Source: Podarcis tiliguerta
Lineage: Eukaryota
NCBI GenBank assembly: GCA_965153285.1
Contig: OZ229116.1
Length of the DNA: 64,000 nt
Strand: one strand, 5' to 3'
Every line of letters begins with the position of its first letter. Position 1 is the stretch's first letter. The translations under genes were made by a program, and so were the position numbers. Below, piece after piece: positions 40,208-51,485 of the stretch. Under the pieces are notes generated by a model that was not told the origin of the DNA, did no database searches, and saw nothing but the letters and a program-made list of their open reading frames with translations.

Positions 40208-43129
40208 GTGGGGGAGGGAGACAGTGCTCCTGAAGGTAGGAGTCTATTAATTGATGAAGATGATCATCCAAATGTCATAGACCAAATGGAGCAAACAGCA
40301 AGCAGACCTAGTGGTGGGAGGAAAAAATCCTTAAATAAGAGACACGGGGGAATGACTAATGGACTTCAATGTCTGTACACTAATGCACAAAGCATGGGAA
40401 ATAAACAAGATGAGCTTGAGCTCTTGGTACAGCAAACTAAATATGACATAATAGGCATCACTGAAACCTGGTGGGATAAGTCCCACGATTGGAATGTAAA
40501 AATGGAGGGATACAATCTATTTCAGAGAAACAGACCAGACAAGAAAGGAGGAGGAGTGGCGTTATATGTCAGGGATGTGTATACCTGTGAAGAGATCCAA
40601 GATTTAGAACCTCAAAGCCAAAGTGAGAGCATTTGGGTCAAAATTAAGGGAGAGAAGAATAACAGTGACCTCATTGTGGGAGTTTACTATAGATCCCCAA
40701 GCCAAACGGAGGACATAGATGATGCCTTCCTGGAACAGATGGCCAAGCATGCAAAAGGAAGGGAGATAGTAGTAATGGGGGACTTCAATTACCCAGATAT
40801 TTGTTGGATGTCAAACTCAGCCAAGAGCATAAGGTCAAACAGATTCCTCACTGGCCTTGCAGACAACTTCATTGTCCAGAAAGTGGGAGAAGCAACAAGA
40901 GGAACAGCCATTTTAGATCTGGTCCTAACCAATGTCGATGACCTGGTTAATGGGGTAGAAGTGGAAGGATCATTAGGCGCAAGTGATCATGCTCTTCTGA
41001 AGTTTACTATACAACGGAAAGGAGCAGCCAAGCATACTAGGACTCAATTTCTTGACTTTAAGAAAGCCGACTTCATAAAACTTAGGGAAGTGCTGGGTGA
41101 GATCCCATGGACAGTAATACTAAAAGGAAAGGGAGTTCATGATGGCTGGGAGTTTGTTAAGAGGGAGATAGTAAAAGCACAACTTCAGGCAATACCAATG
41201 AGACGGAAACATGGAAGGTGCCTAAAGAAGCCAGGGTGGCTATCTAAAGAACTTTTAACTGAGTTAAGATTAAAAAAGGATGTGTACAAAAAATGGAAAA
41301 GGGGGGAAACCACCAAAGAGGAATTCAAACAAATAGCCAGCACGTGTAAACACAAAGTCAGAAAAGCTAAAGCACAAAATGAACTCAGGCTTGCTAGAGA
41401 GGTTAAAAGCAACAAAAAAGGCTTCTATGGGTATGTTCGTAGCAAAAGGAAGAACAAAGAAACAGTGGGGTCACTCAGAGGAGAAGATGGTGAAATGCAA
41501 ACAGGGGACACAGAAAGGGCTGAACTCCTCAATGCCTTCTTTGCCTCAGTCTTCTCCGATAAAGAAAACAATGCCCGACCTGAAGAATTTGGAGGAAATG
41601 ATTCAGCAGAGGAAACACAGCCCAGAATAACTAAGGAGATAGTACAAGAATACTTGGCTAGTTTAGATGTATTCAAGTCTCCAGGGCCAGATGAACTGCA
41701 TCCAAGAGTATTAAAAGAACTGGCAGATGTGATCTCAGAACCACTGGCAGTCATCTTTGAGAATTCCTGGAGAACAGGCGAAGTCCCGGCAGACTGGAGG
41801 AGGGCAAATGTTGTCCCTATTTTCAAAAAGGGGAAAAGAGAGGACCCAAATAATTACCGCCCAGTCAGTCTAACATCAATACCAGGGAAGATTCTGGAGC
41901 AGATCATTAAGCAAACAATCTGTGAGCACCTAGAAAGGAATGCTGTGATCACCAATAGTCAGCATGGATTTCTGAAAAATAAGTCATGTCAGACTAACCT
42001 GATCTCATTTTTTGACAGAATTACAAGCCTGGTAGATGAAGGGAACGCAGTGGATGTAGTCTACCTTGATTTCAGCAAGGCATTTGACAAGGTGCCCCAT
42101 GATATTCTTGTAAAGAAGCTGGTAAAATGCGGTCTTGACTATGCTACCACTCAGTGGATTTGTAACTGGCTGACTGACCGGACCCAAAGGGTGCTCATCA
42201 ATGGTTCCTCTTCATCCTGGAGAAGAGTGACTAGTGGGGTGCCACAGGGTTCTGTCTTGGGCCCGGTCTTATTCAACATCTTTATCAACGACTTGGAGGA
42301 TGGACTCAAGGGCATCCTGATCAAATTTGCAGATGACACCAAACTGGGAGGGGTGGCTAACACCCCAGAAGACAGGATCACACTTCAAAACGACCTTGAC
42401 AGATTAGAGAACTGGGCCAAAACAAACAAGATGAATTTTAACAGGGAGAAATGTAAAGTATTGCACTTGGGCAAAAAAAATGAGAGGCACAAATACAAGA
42501 TGGGTGACACCTGGCTTGAGAGCAGTACATGTGAAAAGGATCTAGGAGTCTTGGTTGACCACAAACTTGACATGAGCCAACAGTGTGACGCGGCAGCTAA
42601 AAAAGCCAATGCAATTCTGGGCTGCATCAATAGGAGTATAGCATCTAGATCAAGGGAAGTTATAGTGCCACTGTATTCTGCTCTGGTCAGACCTCACCTG
42701 GAGTACTGTGTCCAGTTCTGGGCACCACAGTTCAAGAAGGACACTGACAAACTAGAACGTGTACAGAGGAGGGCAACCAAAATGGTCAAAGGCCTGGAAA
42801 CAATGCCTTATGAGGATCGGCTAAGGGAGCTGGGCATGTTTAGCCTGGAGAAGAGGAGGTTAAGGGGTGATATGATAGCCATGTTCAAATATATAAAAGG
42901 ATGTCACATAGAGGAGGGAGAAAGGTTGTTTTCTGCTGCTCCAGAGAAGCGGACACGGAGCAATGGATACAAACTACAAGAAAGAAGATTCCACCTAAAC
43001 ATTAGGAAGAACTTCCTGACAGTAAGAGCTGTTCGACAGTGGAATTTGCTGCCAAGGAGTGTGGTGGAGTCTCCTTCTTTGGAGGTCTTTAAGCAGAGGC
43101 TTGACAACCATATGTCAGGAGTGCTCTGA
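40208..43129 (+). CDS. CR1 ORF2p: APE endonuclease + reverse transcriptase
   Basis: YTNAQS, GITETW, MGDFN, SDH (APE); [23 protein letters not shown] (RT); listed start is GTG, first ATG at 40286. Confidence 0.95.
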   Translation: MGEGDSAPEGRSLLIDEDDHPNVIDQMEQTASRPSGGRKKSLNKRHGGMTNGLQCLYTNAQSMGNKQDELELLVQQTKYDIIGITETWWDKSHDWNVKMEGYNLFQRNRPDKKGGGVALYVRDVYTCEEIQDLEPQSQSESIWVKIKGEKNNSDLIVGVYYRSPSQTEDIDDAFLEQMAKHAKGREIVVMGDFNYPDICWMSNSAKSIRSNRFLTGLADNFIVQKVGEATRGTAILDLVLTNVDDLVNGVEVEGSLGASDHALLKFTIQRKGAAKHTRTQFLDFKKADFIKLREVLGEIPWTVILKGKGVHDGWEFVKREIVKAQLQAIPMRRKHGRCLKKPGWLSKELLTELRLKKDVYKKWKRGETTKEEFKQIASTCKHKVRKAKAQNELRLAREVKSNKKGFYGYVRSKRKNKETVGSLRGEDGEMQTGDTERAELLNAFFASVFSDKENNARPEEFGGNDSAEETQPRITKEIVQEYLASLDVFKSPGPDELHPRVLKELADVISEPLAVIFENSWRTGEVPADWRRANVVPIFKKGKREDPNNYRPVSLTSIPGKILEQIIKQTICEHLERNAVITNSQHGFLKNKSCQTNLISFFDRITSLVDEGNAVDVVYLDFSKAFDKVPHDILVKKLVKCGLDYATTQWICNWLTDRTQRVLINGSSSSWRRVTSGVPQGSVLGPVLFNIFINDLEDGLKGILIKFADDTKLGGVANTPEDRITLQNDLDRLENWAKTNKMNFNREKCKVLHLGKKNERHKYKMGDTWLESSTCEKDLGVLVDHKLDMSQQCDAAAKKANAILGCINRSIASRSREVIVPLYSALVRPHLEYCVQFWAPQFKKDTDKLERVQRRATKMVKGLETMPYEDRLRELGMFSLEKRRLRGDMIAMFKYIKGCHIEEGERLFSAAPEKRTRSNGYKLQERRFHLNIRKNFLTVRAVRQWNLLPRSVVESPSLEVFKQRLDNHMSGVL

Positions 43130-43736
43130 TGGTGTTTCCTGCTTGGCAGGGGGTTGGGCTCGATGGCCCTTGTGGTCTCTTCCAACTCTATGATTCTATG
43201 ATTCTATGATTCTAGTCCAACAATCTGCTGTTTGCACAGTGGCCAACCAGCCACCTGTGGGATGCCTGCAAGCAAGACAGGAGTGCAACAGAACTCTGCC
43301 CACCAATCTTCCTGGTGTTCACACACACACACACACATACACACACATAACTGAATCAGTTGCAACCTTTGTATACCAAGCTATTTAGATTTATAACAAA
43401 CTTGTACAGAATTTACAGAGATACTATGTTTTTGTCCTACTATGTTTTTTGTTCAAATTATTAACAATGAAAAATGTACTGTGGATGGGCTTTCTCATAA
43501 TTTGGAAGGCTTTCCCCATCAATCCCTCTTTGCATGGAATCAATATTTGTTTTTGGAATTAGAAGGTCTGTGGACTTGTAATAGACTTAAATAAACTTAT
43601 GAATTTTACAGAGAGAATTTTCAAGTGTTTGAATAACTTTGAAGGTTAACGAAGGAGAATTTAAAGGTTGATTAATCTTTTGTTTTAAGAATTCAGATTC
43701 CTGGTGCTTAAGTTGTGGTTTTCCCCCTCCTTCTAG

Positions 43737-43828
43737 GAAGAAAAAATGAAAATGCATGCAAGAGTGTTCCCAAAACATGTGCCTTATTGGAACGATTTCC
43801 AGAGGCTACTGGATGCAGAAGAGGACAG
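43737..43828 (+). CDS. ASPH: ASPH exon (GRKNENACKSVPKTCALLERFPEATGCRRGQ)
   Basis: matches ASPH; AG/GT; 92 nt. Confidence 0.95.
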
Positions 43829-44719
43829 GTACTAACTGATACAGAGGGGAAGAGAGAGGTGGGGCGGGGGGGAGAGGTGTTATAGGGAATGTTGAGTGTT
43901 TAATGTGCATAACAGGCCATTGTCCAGGCCTCATTGAGAATGTGCACGTTATATTTCAGTGAAGAGGGGATTGTGCACATTTCCTGGTTATTATGCATCT
44001 TGGGAAATGTGCGTATTGTGGCTTAATTTTTAACATTCTCTTGCCATTATGCATAATCCCCAACAGGCCTTGGGTAATGTACATATATTGACTGCATTTT
44101 GTACGTTCCCAGGACAATATGCACATTATCTGATCTGTATGCATAGTCTCAAAGAAACCTGCCTTTTTTCTATTTCTTGTTCAGAAGTGTGCAATCTACA
44201 CTCCCCCGGTTGCTTCTGGCCCACTGCGTGGCATCTACCTGGGTCACAACGCTACTGATCACCTAAGTTCCCCATGTAGTTCTCCTTTCCACCATTCTCA
44301 GCTGTTTCCCAGTCAGCTGAGCAGCACAAGGGGGGCCATATAGAGATGCAAGTTTTAAACTTTCCTTCCCACTCCTACAATTCTGATAGAAATACAGCCC
44401 CTTATTAAGTGTGCTCCTGCACACTGCAACAAACCATTTTTGGTGTGACCTGAGGGTGGGATTGTATTGGAGCTCTAAAGTAGCTCTAGGAGATTCAGCT
44501 CTAATTAAAGCTCCTATCATGTGCTTTGGAGAAGTTAAAGAACCTTTATATCAAGGTTCCTGGACATAGTCATGAACAGGCTTGCTAACACAAGATGACA
44601 TAGCAGTGCTGGCTTGTCAGGCTGAATTGGTTTGAACACAGTCCTATACTCTCTGCAAGTTAGAGTAATTGAACTGATTTTTTCTTAAAAAAAACCACAA
44701 ACTGTGCCTCTCTCTGCAG

Positions 44720-44853
44720 ATCAAATATTCTGTCATGCACCCAGGGACTCATGTCTGGCCTCACACAGGGCCTACAAATTGTAGGCTGAGGATGCATCTA
44801 GGCTTGGTGATTCCAAAAGAAGGGTGCCAGATTCGGTGTGCTGAAGAAACAAG
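44720..44853 (+). CDS. ASPH: ASPH exon with first Fe-binding His (IKYSVMHPGTHVWPHTGPTNCRLRMHLGL...EET)
   Basis: diagnostic HVWPHTGPTNCRLRMHLGL motif; AG/GT; 134 nt. Confidence 0.97.
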
Positions 44854-44967
44854 GTATCGCCCTCCTCCCCTATCCTCCGGTCTGGGGTTTATGATGACAA
44901 GTTCATGTACTATAAGAGTGGGGACAGGAGCCAAAGGGGAAGAGCTCCCCAGCAAACAGAGTCAGTA

Positions 44968-45073
44968 CTCTGTTTAGGGAAGCTTTTAATGTTTAATAGA
45001 TTATTGTATTTTAATATTCTGTTGGAAGCCGCCCAGAGTGACTGGGGAAACCCAGCCAGATGGGTGGGTTATA

Positions 45074-45118
<45 letters not shown>
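44968..45118 (+). mobile_element. L2 3' end with (AAT)n tail
   Basis: GGAAGCCGCCCAGAGTGACTGGGGAAACCCAGCCAGATGGG + (AAT)n. Confidence 0.65.
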
Positions 45119-45246
45119 TCAGAACCTGGTGAGTCTGGGCAGAACCAGGTTTTTTTTGGGGGGGGGGCTGGATTAAATCTGGAAGACCCTGGGCAAAGTT
45201 GTCAGCATTTGGTTACCAGACAGAACACACACGAGTTAAAAGCACT

Positions 45247-45419
45247 NNNNNNNNNNNNNNNNNNNNNNNNNNNNNNNNNNNNNNNNNNNNNNNNNNNNNN
45301 NNNNNNNNNNNNNNNNNNNNNNNNNNNNNNNNNNNNNNNNNNNNNNNNNNNNNNNNNNNNNNNNNNNNNNNNNNNNNNNNNNNNNNNNNNNNNNNNNNNN
45401 NNNNNNNNNNNNNNNNNNN
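45247..45419. other. assembly gap (173 N)
   Basis: run of n. Confidence 1.
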
Positions 45420-45590
45420 GCAATTTAAGGCAGTATACAGGAAAAATTCTGAAAAAGCTAGTGTTGTTTTCCAGTCTGCCAATCATGCCAAAGCTGCTTT
45501 GGAACTGTTACTATTGTAGAAACCCAGTTAGTGGTTTTTGTGGGGAGGGGAGGGAATCACATGTGCCAATCATCTTCCTAACATGTAATT

Positions 45591-45626
<36 letters not shown>

Positions 45627-45631
<5 letters not shown>

Positions 45632-46078
45632 GGTTTTGGTGTCCTCGGGTGTCTTCCCGTGTAAAAGTTGGGGTGTCTAGGCGACGTTTCGACGAGGTCT
45701 CACTCGTCATCTTCAGGCTGGTGCTTTCGGCTTCTTGTTACTGGAACAGAGCAGGATCTCAGTGTTTGAGTTCCTATAAATACTGTTGAGGAGGTGTGGT
45801 GTATAGCCTCCAATGTTCTGGGCAGAGAGGAGGTTCCCAGGTTCCTCTCTGCCCAGAACATTGGAGGCTATACACCACACCTCCTCAACAGTATTTATAG
45901 GAACTCAAACACTGAGATCCTGCTCTGTTCCAGTAACAAGAAGCCGAAAGCACCAGCCTGAAGATGACGAGTGAGACCTCGTCGAAACGTCGCCTAGACA
46001 CCCCAACTTTTACACGGGAAGACACCCGAGGACACCAAAACCTGCATTCCTGTACCCGTGAAAATCTACGAAAGCAAA
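45627..46078 (-). mobile_element. Penelope-like element (PLE) remnant: inverted pLTR pair plus 31-nt tail, in (TA)n
   Basis: 205-bp perfect inverted repeat, 11-nt loop, tail 46048-46078, hammerhead-like CTGAAGA..GAAAC, (TA)n on both sides. Confidence 0.8.
45958..45991 (+). ncRNA. minimal type-I hammerhead ribozyme-like motif in pLTR (mirror copy 45683-45716 on - strand)
   Basis: CUGAAGA-U-stem II GACGAG/CUCGUC-GAAA-CG-UC core; stem I weak. Confidence 0.6.
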
Positions 46079-48374
46079 TATATATATATATATATATATA
46101 TATAATGTGATTGCAGCTACTTCCACCAGAAATTTTGGACACTTGCCAGCATATACCTAATTTAAATACTGCACCACACATGTCAGTTTGTGGCAGCCGT
46201 TAGCTCCTATTGACTAGTCACTGACAATAATATTTGTTTCCAGGAGTTTGAGCTGAGTTAGGTGCAAAGGGATGTTGCTCAGAAATTTGATAATGAGAAA
46301 TTTAATGAATGTTTAGCTTCTCCTAGTCATTGTTTGTCATTTCCATTCCAAGCTTTTACTTATTACAAAAGAGAAAGTCATTACACAATCATAATATATT
46401 ACTGCAGAAAAGCCCTCCAAAAACCTTACCCAGCTCTTTTACAGGGATAAACATGATCTAGATCAGATGCTGCAATTAAAAATTCAATATGAAATATGAC
46501 GATACAAATAATTTAACCTTAATAAGCTGTCAAAGGAGAGTTCCGTATAATACAGGAGTGTCTAGTGGTAAGAGATGGGCATTAGTTGATGCAACCAACA
46601 TAGCCCAGTGTTGACATAATCCTAATTGTACGATATCATGTTGTGATTATCACATTGTGGTACTTTTCATTCATAATATAGTGTGGCATACACACACAAA
46701 AACCCACATTTATTTCCATTTCAGTGGTAGGTTGAGCAATTGATCCCAGAAACCAATTAATGGCCCTGGCAATTCTGTAGCTGCTTTGTTTTGTTTTGTT
46801 TTGTATGTGTGTGTAGCAATCTCTTTCAAGGCTATGTAAATGACAGAATCCTCTTCAAATTTTCAACAGCAACACTTCCCTTGCACTAGTGTTTTTCTCA
46901 AGAATCAGAACTTTTGGTGGCTAATTAATGCAATTTTTAAAATAAAAACAAACAAACCTTTCCTCTCCCTTTAAATAGAGTCACTTTCTTACGCAAGTTT
47001 GTCACCTGCTTTCCACCAGAATTACACAGAAGCTAAATTTAAGAACTGGCATGGTGTTGCCTATAATCCTGCATGCCAGTTTACAGGACTGACTATTTTT
47101 ATCTTTGGGTTTCATATATCTGGATTAGAATTAACATTTATTCCCACTTTTCTATTAAAACAACACTTGAAGCAGCTATCCAAAGTTCTGGTGTGTAAAT
47201 TTAGGATTGAGGTTCCTCATAGCCATCACTTTAAAAAATCAGTTTAAATAAATGAGTTTTCTTTCTTGATTATGACACTTCCACTGTATTGTATTTTCCA
47301 TTAGTCAAAGTATCAGCCAAAATGTTCAGCGCTATGAATTTAGTTGAAAGAAGGTCCCTTTTAAGTAGGGTGAACAAAACACTTCTGAACATCTTTCCAA
47401 TTGTGAAGCTTAAATCCTTTCCTCTAATTGCTTCCTCTGTTTATTGCTCTCTCTTGAATTTTCTTCTCTTTAAATCTTTATGGTAATGTGATGTCCAGGG
47501 CTGTTTGCAGTATTTAAAGCTCAGTCTTGTTCTCATCAGAGATTAATTATGAGAAGACTGTGGCCTGCTCTCATTGTAGAACTAGGGCAATGCTGGAGTG
47601 AGGTGAGCGATGGATATTCTTGCCTATTGCTCTCTGCTTCCGTAGGATAATCCCTGAGTTGAGAGCTGGGGTACAAGCTCTACTTTCAGAGTACTAATCA
47701 GAGACTTTGCCAGTCACAGACTTTGGAGGAATTAAGAGATGCTCCTAAGGTTTCCTGTTCACAGGATCATGAAAAAAGGAGGAAATGGTGGTTAGAAATA
47801 TAACGTGTTCTGTGTAAACCTGAACCTTATGGGGGAAGCCTTGCAGTTTCCCATCAAGAGGCCAAATTAATGGTGTGAATCAGGCATCAAAGAGAAAACT
47901 CATCTGACCCAAAAAGGTCTGTCATACTTGTGTATGGTAGAACCAGCGAGGCAAGGCAGCATCTCTTTCCAAGAAGGTTGCTATCACTGGATAATTATTA
48001 TTTCAAAGAGGTCCAAGGTTGTCACATCTTGCAAACTGAAATTGGGGGATGGGGAAAAGGAAAAGTGGCCCTCAGTGGCAGCTAGATTAGACAACACTGG
48101 GCCAAGCTCAGGAAATATGCTATGAACTGATATAATGCAACTCTGCAAAGGGCACGATGAGACCTCTGCAAATACTAAAAAGCCGGTCATATTTGCACTG
48201 ATCTTCACCATGGTGTAAGAAAGTGTTTTCAGAAATAGTGCTTCTTGAATGACTCAATCAACATATATCTCACAGACTGAACACATGTCATAAGCCAAGT
48301 TTCTAGGTTTCTAGTTGATTTTAAAAAATAGGTAGATGATGACCGTATTTTTGTCACATAGAGGTGACAGACTC

Positions 48375-48476
48375 TTCTTGGAAGTTTTTAAGTAGAAGTT
48401 GGATATGATTTAGTTGAGATTCCTGTGTAGCAGAGGGTTGGATACCTTCCAACTCTACAGTTCTATGATTCTATGA
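48375..48476 (+). mobile_element. old CR1 3' tail fragment
   Basis: CCTTCCAACTCTACAGTTCTATGATTCTATG. Confidence 0.6.
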
Positions 48477-49413
48477 AATACTAGCTTCATTGCTTCATTA
48501 TAGGCCCTATCCACATTAGATAAGTACCTCTTGATATTTCCATGAGCCAACTGGAAACAAAGTTAGGATAGAAGCCATATTCCCATTTGAACACTTTTCA
48601 CTCTAGCTCTGCCCATCATTGACTCTGGCTCCTGTGACACCTGGCATGCAGCCTATGACAGATTACCTTTGAGGGCATGTGAACCCCATCATAGAAAAGG
48701 AAGAGTATTCATTGATGGATTATAAGTTTATTAACTTCTGCTTCAGGTTTTTGCTAGTAAGATGGTTTCATAAAAGTCAGTCAAAGTGAATCTTGTGTGT
48801 TCATTTGCTCTTCTAAGAATTAATTTGTACATATTGCTTTATTCGCCTAGATTTGCTTTGGAAAATTACCATACTTGTTTTCTTTTTCCTTGATGTTGAT
48901 CTTTCCTCTCAATGTTTTTCGGTATGATGCTTAAACAGATGAACAGTTCTTCAGACTTACCGAACTTGGTTGCTGAATATATTACATTTGCATCCTACCT
49001 TTTCTCAGCATATATGACACTATCTCCATTTCATCCTACCCAAACCCCTGTGTAGTAGGTTAGCTTGAGAGACAGGGGCAGATTTGTGAGGGGCACAGCA
49101 AAGAAAGAGGAGGTTGTGTGAAGAGCATTAAATTAGAATCTAACCCAGTCAAACAATAAGTAAACACAATGTAGAGAATCTGTTACAGATTCTGGATCAA
49201 TGTGGATGTGCATTCTACCACATATTTTATATCATACATCTGCCTTTGTGGAGTAGTGCAATTCTCCTTTTTGTATGGAAGAGCTAATATCAAGCTATTC
49301 CAGAGTAAAACTACTAGCTCCAGGGTAGTTTGGTCATCTGTGCATAGTTTTCATCTAGAATAGAGATCTGGTTCTTGAGGCAGCAAATAAAGGATGGCTT
49401 CTCTGTCTTTCAG

Positions 49414-49564
49414 GTTCTGGGAAGAAGGCAAAATCCTTATCTTTGATGATTCTTTTGAACATGAAGTGTGGCAGGATGCTGATGCTTATCGCCTGATATT
49501 CATTGTGGATGTTTGGCATCCAGAGTTAACATCGCAACAGCGGCGCTCCCTTCCAGCCATCTGA
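49414..49564 (+). CDS. ASPH: ASPH last coding exon (FWEEGKILIFDDSFEHEVWQD...QRRSLPAI*)
   Basis: FDDSFEHEVW second His and the ASPH C-terminus SLPAI; TGA at 49562-49564. Confidence 0.97.
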
Positions 49565-51479
49565 AGGATGCTTGAGGCTTTCCCTGTTGAGGTCTACATT
49601 TTATGTTTGGAAGTGCTGGTGTCATTAAAAAAGAAAGAAACCTGAATTGTATGTAGGAAGTAATCTGGGCATGGACTTTAAAGCATCCTATTCTGTGCTT
49701 TATAAGGCACTGATCTGATAGCTCTGTATTCATGCTGCAAGTACAGATTCCTATTCTTTTGTCAGCCAAAGAATATCCTGTGCCATATATCAAAATAAGA
49801 CTTATGCCAATATTTGTTATGCCAGCATTATGCTTACCACTGCTAAGCATACACTTGGTGTACTAGTCACGTAACTACTAATGCTTGTGTGTAAACATAA
49901 AGGACGCAGATTTTCAGACACTGTGAGTATGCAATTTATGTTCACATGAAGGAAAGCTGTGCAGCTACAGTACTTGGTGAATTGCATCTCACATCAGTGC
50001 TTCTATATCCTTCTAAGGACACTCATAACGTGTTACTTGCAAGCATCTTGGAAATTTGTCATACTAGAATGTGTAGAAATGAATTTAGATTTAAGTGAAT
50101 GAACGGATAGTGTGAGTTGTAGATAATGTGAGCGGATGGTTTGGTATTGTATTTTTTAAAAGATCATAGTATTTTTGTATCGTATATGGATACCATTTTC
50201 CTGCTCTTTATGAACCACTTTCCTTTTGTAATTTCCTTTTGTAATAATGGCAATCCATGTTAATTTTGCAGAGATGACGCCTTATGGAGCTGCTCTTCAT
50301 TTTATTGAGTTTGGCCTTTGCCTTTCAAGTGAGAAGTCACAATATGCATTTGCCTTGTTCAGTTTCTGCTGAGCAGCACTTATAACCCAGCTCTGATATG
50401 TCTGCGTCTTCCTCATAAAAAAGGTCTTGTGGCCCTTTCCAACACAGCAAAAAGAATTTCACTTAAATGGGAAGCACATTTTCTTATTAAGGGGCTGTGC
50501 AGGTTGTGAGGAGGATCACATCTGGAACCAATTTGCTTCCAGTCTATTGTTATGGCATTTCTATTCTCAAGTGTGGCCAGTTTCTTATTGTACAGTGGCG
50601 TATGTGGTAGAGGAAGCATTCAGTTTGGATACAGGTATAGTCACATGAAGTGACACCTACATGGTTGTTTCAATCCACCTGGGGGGGGGGAGTGGGGGCT
50701 GACCTCCCTTTCATATTCACTTCTCAGTTTTGCCTTTGAATTAGTGAAGTGCGGTGCACAGGATCAGCACCAAAGCAGCTTTGGTTAGACTTTTTACAAT
50801 TACGACCAACAACAAGACAGTTCACACTCTCTGACCAAAATATACATTACAATTTTAATTTTATGAGCAGAAACGTGCCAATGTATACATGTGCTGGGTT
50901 TTATAGTGCTATACTTTTGAAATTATAGAAGCTGAAGTTCTGAGATGTTACCTAAACTGATGACATGAAAATAAATATTTGCTACGGCCTTGACAGAGTA
51001 ATATTTTCAAATAGAATGGTCAGTATTTTGTACAGATTGAATCCAGGGCCCTGTTGTTGTCATTTGTTTCATTGAATGGAAAGATTCCTATGTATAATGT
51101 TTATAAATAGCTGCCTTTTCTTTCCTAAGTGCAGATGGAAGGCCTAAAATGAAAGTGTGAACAAGTATGTGTTGTTCCATCTGGGAAACCACAGGCTACA
51201 TTTTTCTGTAGCCCTCATTACCTCAGCATTGTTCAGTGTTACCTTATCTCAGTTTTGCCTGAAAACAATTACTGCATGTGGAAGGCAAATGGAATATAGC
51301 AATCTACTCTAAATGTGCACCTACAAGCTAATGATTGCCCAATACGTGCTGTGGTATATTGTGCATTAAACAAGTGCCTTCTTTGTGGCAGTGTGGATTT
51401 TTTTATATATGTTAGTAGCTTCAGCACTGAAATAGTTTCTAATTTTTGCATTAATAGCAAAAATTGCTGTTGCTGCTGG

Positions 51480-51485
51480 AATAAA
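51480..51485 (+). terminator. candidate ASPH polyadenylation signal AATAAA
   Basis: AATAAA followed ~25-50 nt later by a GT/T-rich tract (tgttgtgttggccttcttctgtgttttttc); an alternative AATAAA lies at 50970. Confidence 0.5.

Larger units (their letters stand above)
38920..43214 (+). mobile_element. full-length CR1 LINE, intact ORF1 and ORF2, (ATTCTATG)n tail
   Basis: two long uninterrupted ORFs, CR1 3' UTR and octamer tail ATTCTATG repeats at ~43185-43214. Confidence 0.97.

Noticed and set aside
41185-43185. antisense ORFs within CR1 ORF2
   Set aside because: Shadow frames of the RT coding sequence.
45038-45664. 208-aa ORF
   Set aside because: Made of (AAT)n, the N gap and (TA)n.
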